Part shown: piece after piece, positions 17,846 through 26,276 of the stretch
Numbering within the stretch: the first letter of the stretch is position 1
Layout of the letters: every line of letters begins with the position of its first letter
DNA from: Candidatus Krumholzibacteriia bacterium
GTDB lineage: Bacteria; Krumholzibacteriota; Krumholzibacteriia; LZORAL124-64-63
Reading direction: 5' to 3'
Assembly (NCBI GenBank): GCA_030592845.1
Contig: JAUVII010000004.1
Location: forward strand, 1 to 58,881
DNA: 58,881 bases
The notes under the pieces: generated by a model
What the model was told of the DNA's origin: nothing
Seen by the model: only the letters and a program-made list of their open reading frames with translations
Databases searched by the model: none
Made by a program: the position numbers and the translations under genes

Positions 17846-18367
17846 TCAGCGACCGCCCCGGGCCAGCTCCCGTCGGTAATCAGCGACGGCCTCCGCCACC
17901 TTCGTATCCTTGAGGGCAAGGATCCGGGCGGCCAGACAGGCCGCGTTGCGGGCCCCCGCGCTGCCTACGGCCACCGTGGCCACCGGGACACCGGGGGGCA
18001 TCTGAACGATGGACAACAAAGCATCCACCCCCGCCAACGGACCAGAAGCAACCGGCACACCGATAACCGGTTTACCGGTGAGACTCGCCACCACTCCGGG
18101 CAGGTGGGCAGCCATCCCCGCCACGGCAATGAAAATCTCGGCGCCGTTCTTTTCGGTCTTGACCACGATCCGCTTCAACTTGTCCGGCTGCCGGTGGGCC
18201 GAAGCAATTTCCACCACATGGGGCAGACCGAATCTGTCCAACAGGGGAAGCATCTTTTCGATGACCGGCAGATCGCTGGCGCTCCCCAACAGGATCACTA
18301 CCCAGGGAGCCACACCGGCAGGTGAACCCGAACGAGGTTTTTTTTTCTTTTCAACCACGGTTTTCAC
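17846..18367 (-). CDS. purE: 5-(carboxyamino)imidazole ribonucleotide mutase
   Basis: ILLGSASDLPV and AGMAAHLPGVVA. The 5' end overlaps the purD stop by 17 nt and contains an A9 run encoding KKKK. Confidence 0.9.
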   Translation of the reverse strand: MKTVVEKKKKPRSGSPAGVAPWVVILLGSASDLPVIEKMLPLLDRFGLPHVVEIASAHRQPDKLKRIVVKTEKNGAEIFIAVAGMAAHLPGVVASLTGKPVIGVPVASGPLAGVDALLSIVQMPPGVPVATVAVGSAGARNAACLAARILALKDTKVAEAVADYRRELARGGR

Positions 18368-19679
18368 CTTTGGCCGCGGCGATATCCCGCCGGTAGATGA
18401 GTCCTTCGAAATGGGTGTCGTTCAGCAGGTCATAGGCCGACTTCCGCGCGGTGGCCAGATCCGAACCGGTGCCCACCGCTCCGAGAACCCGTCCTCCGCT
18501 GGTCACCAATTCCTGATCCCTGTTTTTGGTTCCCGCATGTATGATCCAGCCGTGTTCGTTTTCCGAACCGGGCAATTCGATGGCCTTATCCTTGAGGTAA
18601 TTTCCGGGATAGCCGTCCGAGGCTCCGACCACGACCACGCAATGCCTGCTCCAGTCGGTCATCCCCGCCCCGGGCCAATTTTCCAGGCCTTTTTCTCCCC
18701 CATCGGCAAATCCCTGCAGATACCCGCCCAGTTTGCCGGCGGCGGTGCTGGCGCTGAGTTCGAGGAAATCCCCCTCCAACAGGGGAAGCACAACCTGGGT
18801 TTCCGGATCACCGAAACGGCAATTGAATTCCAACACCTGGGGACCTGATCGTGTCAGCATCAAACCCACGTACAGAACACCCCGATAGGGAATGTCCCGA
18901 CGTCGCAATTCCGCCAGGACAGGCAAAATGATGCGGGTATCGATTTCTTCAGCCAGATCGCCGGGCAACGGGACCGGCGCGAAGGCCCCCATGCCACCGG
19001 TGTTGGGTCCGGTGTCGTTTTCACCGATACGCTTGTGATCCCTGCTGGGGGCGAGCAGGCAATAGGACTGCCCGTCGGTCACAACCAACACGGAAAGTTC
19101 GGGACCGAAAATACATTCCTCGATCAGGATGCGGAGGCCGGCACCCCCGAAGCGCTGGTCGTCAAGACATTCCCGGATGAAGGCCTCAGCCTCGTCCCGG
19201 ACGGAACAGACCGCCACACCCTTGCCCTGGGCAGCGCCACAAGCCTTGATGACGATGGGCAGGTCGATGTTGTCCAGATGTTTGAGTGCGGCCCGGGAAC
19301 TGCTGAAAGAGTGATAGCGCGGCGTGGGCACACCTGCGGAGGCGAGGACTTCCTTGGCGAACTCCTTGTCCCCCTCAAGCCGGGCCCCTTGGGCGCCCGG
19401 ACCGAAAACGGCAATTTCCGCCCGGTGCAAATGATCAGCCAAACCCGCGATCAGCGGATCCTCCGGGCCGATGATCACCAGATCGACAGCCTCCCGGAGG
19501 CAGAAATCCACAACGCTGTCGGAATCCATGGGATCCAGGTCCACATTGGTCGCCTGGGCGGCGGTCCCGGGATTACCGGGGGCCGCGAAAATGACCGGTT
19601 CCCGGGGCGAAAGGGCGAGTTGCCGGACTATGGCGTGTTCACGGCCTCCGGATCCGATGACGAGAACTTTCCTGGCCAT
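18351..19679 (-). CDS. purD: Phosphoribosylamine--glycine ligase
   Basis: MARKVLVIGSGGREHA.. with an ATP-grasp pattern. A strong AAGGAGGAG Shine-Dalgarno lies upstream of the ATG. Confidence 0.93.
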   Translation of the reverse strand: MARKVLVIGSGGREHAIVRQLALSPREPVIFAAPGNPGTAAQATNVDLDPMDSDSVVDFCLREAVDLVIIGPEDPLIAGLADHLHRAEIAVFGPGAQGARLEGDKEFAKEVLASAGVPTPRYHSFSSSRAALKHLDNIDLPIVIKACGAAQGKGVAVCSVRDEAEAFIRECLDDQRFGGAGLRILIEECIFGPELSVLVVTDGQSYCLLAPSRDHKRIGENDTGPNTGGMGAFAPVPLPGDLAEEIDTRIILPVLAELRRRDIPYRGVLYVGLMLTRSGPQVLEFNCRFGDPETQVVLPLLEGDFLELSASTAAGKLGGYLQGFADGGEKGLENWPGAGMTDWSRHCVVVVGASDGYPGNYLKDKAIELPGSENEHGWIIHAGTKNRDQELVTSGGRVLGAVGTGSDLATARKSAYDLLNDTHFEGLIYRRDIAAAKGENRG

Positions 19680-19773
19680 GTGTACTTCTCCTCCTTGACC
19701 GTTTCAGACCAACCGCGCACAGCGGTACCGTCTTCAGAAAATACCTCAAGTCTCACGGTCGGACAACGGGAAT

Positions 19774-20748
19774 TCAGTCAGGAACGATCGTGGTCCCCCG
19801 GGTACCGACCACGGCATCCAGGATGTACTCGGGAGAGGTGATGACCACGGCCTTGCCGCCTTGGGAAAGGAAAGAGACGGCGGCTTCGATCTTGGGGCCC
19901 ATGCTGCCCGCGGGAAACTCGCCTTCGGCCAGCATACGCTTCGCCTGCTCGACGGTCATCACGTCGAGAGCTTCCTCGTCCGGTTGACCGAACCGGACAC
20001 AGACCTTTTCCACCTGGGTGACTATGACCAGCACATCGGCGCCGATCAGCCGGGCGAGCAGGGCGCTGGCCCGGTCCTTGTCGATCACCGCGTCGACTCC
20101 CGACAGAAAACCACGGTCGTCCCTGATGACGGGAACCCCGCCTCCACCGGTGGCGATGGTGATCACACCACCGTTGACCAAGGTCCGGATTGCTTCCCAT
20201 TCGACGACTTCGCGGGGTTCGGGGCTGGGCACCACCCGGCGCCAGCCGCGGCCGGCGTCCTTGATGATGGTCCAGCCGTTTTCGTCCCGCAACAGCCCGG
20301 CCTGTTCCTCGTCGTAGAAGGGACCGATGGGTTTGGTGGGATTGTCGAAAGCCGCATCGTCCGCATCGACCAGCACCTGGGTGACCACGGAGGCCACCGG
20401 AGTTTCCAGTCCGATCTCCGACAGGGCGTTTTGAAGAGACTGCTGGAGCATGTAGCCCAGTCCACCCTGGCTGTCGGCACCGCAGACAAACATCGGCATG
20501 ATGGGGATGCCGTGAACCGCCATCCCGGCATCGTTGCGCAACACGATATTCCCGACAACCGGTCCGTTGCCGTGGGTCATCACGATCTGGTGACCATCGG
20601 CTGCCATGCTGGCGACCTGTTTCATGGTGGCCATCGTAATGGCCTCCTGTTGTTCGTAGGTCCCCTCCAGGCCCGCGGGGATGATCGCGTTGCCCCCGAG
20701 GGCAATAACGTACCGGAGGTTTTTTCCCGGCCCTCCGCTAACCGCCAT
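19774..20748 (-). CDS. arcC: Carbamate kinase
   Basis: VIALGGNAI, MTHGNGPVVG and TIATGGGGVPV. The start is the ATG at 20748. The longer ORF to 20844 runs deep into the aminotransferase gene. Confidence 0.85.
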   Translation of the reverse strand: MAVSGGPGKNLRYVIALGGNAIIPAGLEGTYEQQEAITMATMKQVASMAADGHQIVMTHGNGPVVGNIVLRNDAGMAVHGIPIMPMFVCGADSQGGLGYMLQQSLQNALSEIGLETPVASVVTQVLVDADDAAFDNPTKPIGPFYDEEQAGLLRDENGWTIIKDAGRGWRRVVPSPEPREVVEWEAIRTLVNGGVITIATGGGGVPVIRDDRGFLSGVDAVIDKDRASALLARLIGADVLVIVTQVEKVCVRFGQPDEEALDVMTVEQAKRMLAEGEFPAGSMGPKIEAAVSFLSQGGKAVVITSPEYILDAVVGTRGTTIVPD

Positions 20749-21910
20749 TGCGAACCGCCGCGGCAAAGTCCGCGAAACGCTCCAGGGCCTTGCGAATGTT
20801 TTCCTGGCTGTTGGCGTAACTGAACCGCAGATAACCTTCACCAAAAGCGCCGAAGGATGTCCCGGCCAGGGCGGCGACCCCGAACTCCTCCAACAGGCGT
20901 GTTTCGACCTGCTTGCTGGTCAGTCCCAGTCCGCTGATATTCGGGAAAACGTAAAACGCGCCTCTGGGCTTTTTACAGATGACGCCCTCGATGGTATTCA
21001 GCCCGTCGACCAGAATGTCCCGCCGCACCTTGAACTCGGCCACCATGGCCCGGGCGGCATCCTGCGGGCCGGTCAAGGCTTCGGCCCCCGCCATTTGGGT
21101 GAAGGCCGCGGTACAGCTGGTGCAATTGGTCTGGAGCTTGGCCACGGCCGCGGCCAGTTCCGCGGGCATGATCCCGTATCCCAGTCTCCAGCCGGTCATG
21201 GCGTAGGTCTTGGAGTGACCTTCCAGAATGATGGTGCGCTCCAGCATGCCCGGCCGCGTGGAAATCGAATCATGCGTTCCTTCGTAAATGATCTTGCTGT
21301 AGATCTCATCGCTGAGCACCCAGAAGTCGTGTTTGACAGCCAGTTCGGCGATGGCGTCCAGGTCGGCGGAACTCAGCATCCCGCCGGTCGGGTTCTGGGG
21401 GGAGTTAATGATCAACAGTTTGGTTTTGTCGTTGGCCAAAGCCCGCAGATCTTCGATGTCGAAGGAAAATTCCTTCTCCTCGGCCAACTTCAACGGAACG
21501 GCCTTGCCCTCCAGGAAGTTGATCACCGATTCATAGATCGGGAAGCCGGGATTGGGGTAGATGACCTCGTCACCGGGATCGACCAGGGCCGTCAGCGGAA
21601 AATAGATGATGGGTTTGCCGCCGGGTACGATGACGACGTTATCGGGACCGACATCGATGCCGCGATCGGTGGCGATGTACTCGGCGAAGACCTTGCGCAC
21701 CTCGGGCATACCGGCGGCCGGCCCGTAATGGGTGTAACCGGAACGGAGAGCCTCCACGGCCTTGTCGATGATGTTGGCGGGAGTGTCGAAATCGGGTTCG
21801 CCGATCTCCAGATGAACAATGTCGTGTCCCTGGGCTTCCAGGGCTTTGGCCTTCGCCAGCACTTCGAAAGCCGTTTCGGTGCCCAATTTTTCCATACGTT
21901 TGGCCAGCAT
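20738..21910 (-). CDS. Class I/II PLP-dependent aminotransferase (aspartate aminotransferase-like)
   Basis: IINSPQNPTG and the PLP-lysine context SKTYAMTGWRLGY. Confidence 0.88.
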   Translation of the reverse strand: MLAKRMEKLGTETAFEVLAKAKALEAQGHDIVHLEIGEPDFDTPANIIDKAVEALRSGYTHYGPAAGMPEVRKVFAEYIATDRGIDVGPDNVVIVPGGKPIIYFPLTALVDPGDEVIYPNPGFPIYESVINFLEGKAVPLKLAEEKEFSFDIEDLRALANDKTKLLIINSPQNPTGGMLSSADLDAIAELAVKHDFWVLSDEIYSKIIYEGTHDSISTRPGMLERTIILEGHSKTYAMTGWRLGYGIMPAELAAAVAKLQTNCTSCTAAFTQMAGAEALTGPQDAARAMVAEFKVRRDILVDGLNTIEGVICKKPRGAFYVFPNISGLGLTSKQVETRLLEEFGVAALAGTSFGAFGEGYLRFSYANSQENIRKALERFADFAAAVRNGG

Positions 21911-22004
21911 GACGCTCTCCCTCTCGCAGTGAACAGGGGGCGGGACGATGAACAGATCCCGGATCAGCCAAACCTATGGGCCCGGACAGGGCAAGTCAAC
22001 CGTA

Positions 22005-23822
22005 TCAGGTGAGCGCCTGCAGGTATTTCTTGATCTCCCTGCTTATCTCCTTGCGGATCCCACCCTTGTCCCGGGCCATCCGTTTGAGATCCACCTTGGA
22101 GACGTATTTCACATGCATGAATTTCCGCAGAACGGCGATCGGAATATTCACCGGACTCCTCAAGCAGGCCAGGGGCACCGTACGGTTGGCGAAACCCGTA
22201 TGGAGGATCCTGACCTTGGCAATGGTTTCTATGACCTTGGGATTCCGGGTCCGGTGGACCACGTCTTCGACCAGGCCGGGAATGGCAACCACTTTGGGAT
22301 TCCGCAGAAAACCGAGCAGGACGCTGACGGATTGGATATTGGACAGGACCAGAAACTTCAGTTGGGTAACCGTGGCGTTGTTGAGATCAATTTTCTCGGA
22401 GTCCTCTACTTCCGGAATGTCCTCGCCCGTCAGGTCATCCGCCCAGGCCTGTATTTCATCGATCTGATCGTCGTTCCGGGTTTCACCCACGGATGCCGGG
22501 AAGTCATGCTCCAGGAATAAACCGCCCTCGGGAATGGTGATGACCAGGTGGCCATCCCGAAGGTCCAGCCCCGCAAGTTCAGCAGCCGCCTTTCCCATCC
22601 CGCCTTCGGCTGTATCCAGGATATGGCGGCAGGCCTCGGGAAACCCGGGGGCCAAAGGGAGATGGAATTCGTTCTTGCCACCCTCGGCCTGGAAATTTTC
22701 CTGGACCAACCGGACCCCGGTCATCAGATCGAGTTCCACCCCGGGCACACCGAGCAGGGTAAACCGCGCGGCCATGGCCTGCAGGCGCTGCACGCAAAAG
22801 GCAATGGTGGAAACGGGAACCGGGTGGTCGGGCAATCCACCGAACAAATCAGACAAGGGAGCCAGATCCGGATCCACCGCCAGAACCCGGCGCAGGGCCG
22901 AACGGTCGCTGTCTTCGAGAACATCCAGGGAACGCGCCACTGGGGTTTCGAATTCGTTTCCCTGACATCCCTCCTCGATCCAGTTGATCATTTGACGCAG
23001 ATCCCGAATCTCCGCGTCGGCCATGCCCAACAGGGGCATAACCCGGCTGATGGCGGCAACACGGAAAGGATCGATGCTCCCGGCCAGGTGGCTGATCCTC
23101 TCCTGCCAGGCATCGACTTCAAGACGCAGGAGCTCCACCATCAACTCCCTGTCCCCGTCGTTGAAATCATCCCCCAGGGACAATCTCGCGAAAAGGAGTT
23201 CCAGACCGTCCCGCAACATGGGCCAGGGATGCTCTTCCCCTGGGCGGACTATTTCAGGGTCGTCCGGTACTTCCACGTCCCCTGCCAGGGTGCTGCATCG
23301 TTCGGCCAGTTTTTCCAGCCGCCCGAGCCAGTCCTGATGGATGTTTCCCGGATCCTCCTTGTCGTTCCCAATCCGGATCCTGAGACGTCGGGAAGACCCG
23401 AAACGCTGGACCCGCGGGAGAAGCCTGTCACCGGGTGTGGAGACATCCACAAAAGCAGCCAGCAAACGGGCGCCGGCGGGATCTCCTTGGACAGCCAAGT
23501 GCTGGAGACCCATAAGGTATTCTTTTGCATTGTCTTGATTGGTTATCTTACGCAAGAACATGAACAGGCTTTCCGCCCTGGAGGAAACTTCGGCATCGGC
23601 AAAAGCAAGGGCCTCGAGGACTTCCATGATGGAAGCGTCCGGCTCTCGCGTTTGCGACACCAAAGTGCTGTCCCAGGGTAGAATCAGGTCTGTAACGGTC
23701 ACCGAATGTCCTTGCTGCTGGCAGGACCAGCACCGGCGACGATATCGCCGGAACAATTTGAAGGTTCTTTCCTCATATTGGTTATCGGCCAATCTGTTAC
23801 CAAATTTACCAACTGATGGCAT
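22005..23822 (-). CDS. Hypothetical ~605-aa alpha-rich protein, last gene of the envelope array
   Basis: Long ORF. The ATG at 23822 lies 1 nt after the upstream stop; the listed GTG at 23870 would overlap. No signal peptide or TM segment is visible. The C-terminal ~130 aa are basic and repeat LRNPKV / TRNPKV / LRSPVN. Confidence 0.6.
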   Translation of the reverse strand: MPSVGKFGNRLADNQYEERTFKLFRRYRRRCWSCQQQGHSVTVTDLILPWDSTLVSQTREPDASIMEVLEALAFADAEVSSRAESLFMFLRKITNQDNAKEYLMGLQHLAVQGDPAGARLLAAFVDVSTPGDRLLPRVQRFGSSRRLRIRIGNDKEDPGNIHQDWLGRLEKLAERCSTLAGDVEVPDDPEIVRPGEEHPWPMLRDGLELLFARLSLGDDFNDGDRELMVELLRLEVDAWQERISHLAGSIDPFRVAAISRVMPLLGMADAEIRDLRQMINWIEEGCQGNEFETPVARSLDVLEDSDRSALRRVLAVDPDLAPLSDLFGGLPDHPVPVSTIAFCVQRLQAMAARFTLLGVPGVELDLMTGVRLVQENFQAEGGKNEFHLPLAPGFPEACRHILDTAEGGMGKAAAELAGLDLRDGHLVITIPEGGLFLEHDFPASVGETRNDDQIDEIQAWADDLTGEDIPEVEDSEKIDLNNATVTQLKFLVLSNIQSVSVLLGFLRNPKVVAIPGLVEDVVHRTRNPKVIETIAKVRILHTGFANRTVPLACLRSPVNIPIAVLRKFMHVKYVSKVDLKRMARDKGGIRKEISREIKKYLQALT

Positions 23823-23823
23823 T

Positions 23824-25452
23824 CTACCAACTGATTGCTGCCTGGGCCCAAAAAGTGGGAACCGGCCCACCCGCCAGTCCTTTCTCCGGATATCGCAATG
23901 ATACGGCGGTCTGGATTCGTAAACCGCCGCGAATCCTTTCCAGGCCCAGCACGGTTTCGGATCGCCAATGCCCCCAGTGCCTTGGCAGGACCATGCCCGA
24001 AACCGGACTGACGGCGCTTACCAGGTCCACGGGGTCCCCCCACGCGCTCACCCATGTGCCCCGTACAATCATTCCCCGGCCAACGGCCTGCCGGCCGCTC
24101 AGACTCACCAGGCTGCGACGCCCGGTGGCCGTCCCATTTTCCAGTCCGTAGCTCCTTATCATCAGTCGCGCGCGCCTCCCTTTGTATTCATAGAACATCT
24201 GCGCGGAAATAATGGTGCGATGGGCGGTATCGGTCTGCAGAGGAGCCTGCCAAGGATATCTTTCGGACCACCCCCAGGTTCCACGCGTGTCCCGGCGGAA
24301 ACGAAGGGATACCTGAACCGGCCGAAGCAGTTTCTTCGAAGCCTGAAGATCGACCAACATCTTTGTATTCCTTTTGCGGGAACCCTTTCGGTCAAGATGA
24401 CGCCCCAGGTGGAACAGGGCCCGCAGGGCCAGTCCCGAATTGGTTCGGGTGAATCCCCTGACGGCAAACCCCCGTCCGGCCCAACCGGGAAGCACGGGGG
24501 GCCGGCTGGACAACTCGGGTGCCGCCGGCAAGTCCGCGAAACCGAATTGGCCTTCCAACCCCGAACCGCGGGCCGGGCTCCACCTCACCTGGATGATCCC
24601 GGCACCGGCAGGCGGAATCTGCGCCGATGATTTCAGCGCCATGGCTTCCATGCTCCACGACAAAGACCCCCTGGTAACACCCGCGGAGAAACTGACACCG
24701 CCGGCTTCACCGTGGGAATGACCGGCGACGGACACCATCCAGTCCTCTTTCAGGAGACCCATCTGGACCACGGAATGCCGCAACGCGCCGCCCATTCCCT
24801 GACCACCGAATTCCTCCCTGAGGAACCTCAGGCTCCAGGGTCCCAGACGAACCGTTCCGCCGATACCGGATAGCGCGCGCCGGTCATCGGAACCGAGCCA
24901 GGTTACCATCCGTTCCTTTCGGGGACCCATTCCCGAATCCGCGGCCAGGGTCGCCCCCCTTCCCGGGGGACCGATCAGCAATCCATGGCCCTGCGACAGA
25001 CCCAGGACCCCCGCCCGCAATTCAACGGGTCCCGCTCCCACTTCCACCGTCCCGGTGGTTTCCCGCAGACCAGACCGGTATTCACGAATCCGGGCCCTCA
25101 GGCGGAGCCAGGGGACGCTAAGGGATATCTTCCCATAATGGTCCAACCCCTCGTCGCGGTAATGGCCCACCCGGTACCGGAGATCCCCAAAAAAAACATG
25201 GGGGGCCCTTCCCCCGCCGCTGACGGGCTTTCCCTCTTTCAGAAACCGGGCGATATCCTCCCTGGTCGGGGGAACCCCGGCTGCATTCAGGGTACCGATG
25301 GCATCCTCGACCTCCTCGAGATCGTCGGGGACCACGGGCACCTCGTCGTTTCTGCGGGCGTCCGCTGCAAGGTCCGGTTGGCCGAGCGCGGACTCCGTCA
25401 GAAATATGGCCAGACACAGGAAAGACCGGATCCTGGTGTCCAACCTCACCAT
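23824..25452 (-). CDS. Hypothetical secreted protein, probable outer-membrane beta-barrel (~543 aa)
   Basis: The internal ATG at 25452 gives the signal-like N-terminus MVRLDTRIRSFLCLAIFLTESALG. Composition is rich in G/R/W/S with alternating-pattern segments. The terminal residue is Trp (..AQAAISW). The start overlaps the upstream stop in ATGGTGA. Confidence 0.55.
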   Translation of the reverse strand: MVRLDTRIRSFLCLAIFLTESALGQPDLAADARRNDEVPVVPDDLEEVEDAIGTLNAAGVPPTREDIARFLKEGKPVSGGGRAPHVFFGDLRYRVGHYRDEGLDHYGKISLSVPWLRLRARIREYRSGLRETTGTVEVGAGPVELRAGVLGLSQGHGLLIGPPGRGATLAADSGMGPRKERMVTWLGSDDRRALSGIGGTVRLGPWSLRFLREEFGGQGMGGALRHSVVQMGLLKEDWMVSVAGHSHGEAGGVSFSAGVTRGSLSWSMEAMALKSSAQIPPAGAGIIQVRWSPARGSGLEGQFGFADLPAAPELSSRPPVLPGWAGRGFAVRGFTRTNSGLALRALFHLGRHLDRKGSRKRNTKMLVDLQASKKLLRPVQVSLRFRRDTRGTWGWSERYPWQAPLQTDTAHRTIISAQMFYEYKGRRARLMIRSYGLENGTATGRRSLVSLSGRQAVGRGMIVRGTWVSAWGDPVDLVSAVSPVSGMVLPRHWGHWRSETVLGLERIRGGLRIQTAVSLRYPEKGLAGGPVPTFWAQAAISW

Positions 25453-26276
25453 GGCGAGGCTCCTGGATCCCCGGCGCCCAGTTGGAACCTGTGGGTAACC
25501 CCGAGCGCGGGGTGAACCAGATGGGAGGTCTGCAGCCAAAAGCCTCCCAGACGAGCGGATAAGATGCCCCCCATCGATCCGGTTTCCGGATCTATCCTCC
25601 AGCCCAGACCCAGACGGGCCGTCAACCGGCCCAGAATTTCGACCGACAGAACCGGCACCCCATCACTCTTTTGATCCACGCGAAGGGCCAATCCGGTGCC
25701 GGGATAAAAAAGTTTGATTTCCGCAAGAGTCCTGCGGCCCCCGTGACCATGCCAGCCGGGCAGGTCGGCCGCATGAAGCCAAAAGGATATTTCCCCGCGG
25801 AAGGCCTCCCCCCTCCGGAAAGAAAAACCGCCTTGCAGCCCCACTTCCAGATTCGATGACACCGGCTCGAATTCCACCAACCATTGCCGGACACGCACCC
25901 GGACCCCCACCCTCACCCTGCTTCCCACCCGGAGCCGCAAGGTTTTCGTGTCCTCCAGGTATAGGCTTTCACCAAGCCTTTCCCACGAAAAGGCGGCCGC
26001 CAGCGGCCATTTTTCCAGCCGGTAAAGCAACCCGCCATCCACGGACACCAGCGGAAGTTCCCTCATGGAATACAAATTTCCCTGGCCGGCGCCCAGCCAC
26101 CAGCCCCACCGGTTTTCCCGGGAGCCGGTCGGCATCATGACAAGGGCACGGTCCTCCACGGACATCAGCCAGCCATCGTGAAAATCACGCAGACCTTCAC
26201 CATGGACGCCTGAAGGGCGGGGCCATGCAACCAGGAGAATGACAACCATGACCACACCGGTGGCGCCCCGCCTCAT
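25446..26276 (-). CDS. Hypothetical secreted protein, probable small beta-barrel (276 aa)
   Basis: N-terminal hydrophobic segment GVVMVVILLVAW. Alternating hydrophobic/polar stretches such as RVGVRVRVRQW and EISFWLHA. C-terminal Trp. Its ATG shares one nucleotide with the stop of the LTD gene. Confidence 0.55.
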   Translation of the reverse strand: MRRGATGVVMVVILLVAWPRPSGVHGEGLRDFHDGWLMSVEDRALVMMPTGSRENRWGWWLGAGQGNLYSMRELPLVSVDGGLLYRLEKWPLAAAFSWERLGESLYLEDTKTLRLRVGSRVRVGVRVRVRQWLVEFEPVSSNLEVGLQGGFSFRRGEAFRGEISFWLHAADLPGWHGHGGRRTLAEIKLFYPGTGLALRVDQKSDGVPVLSVEILGRLTARLGLGWRIDPETGSMGGILSARLGGFWLQTSHLVHPALGVTHRFQLGAGDPGASPW

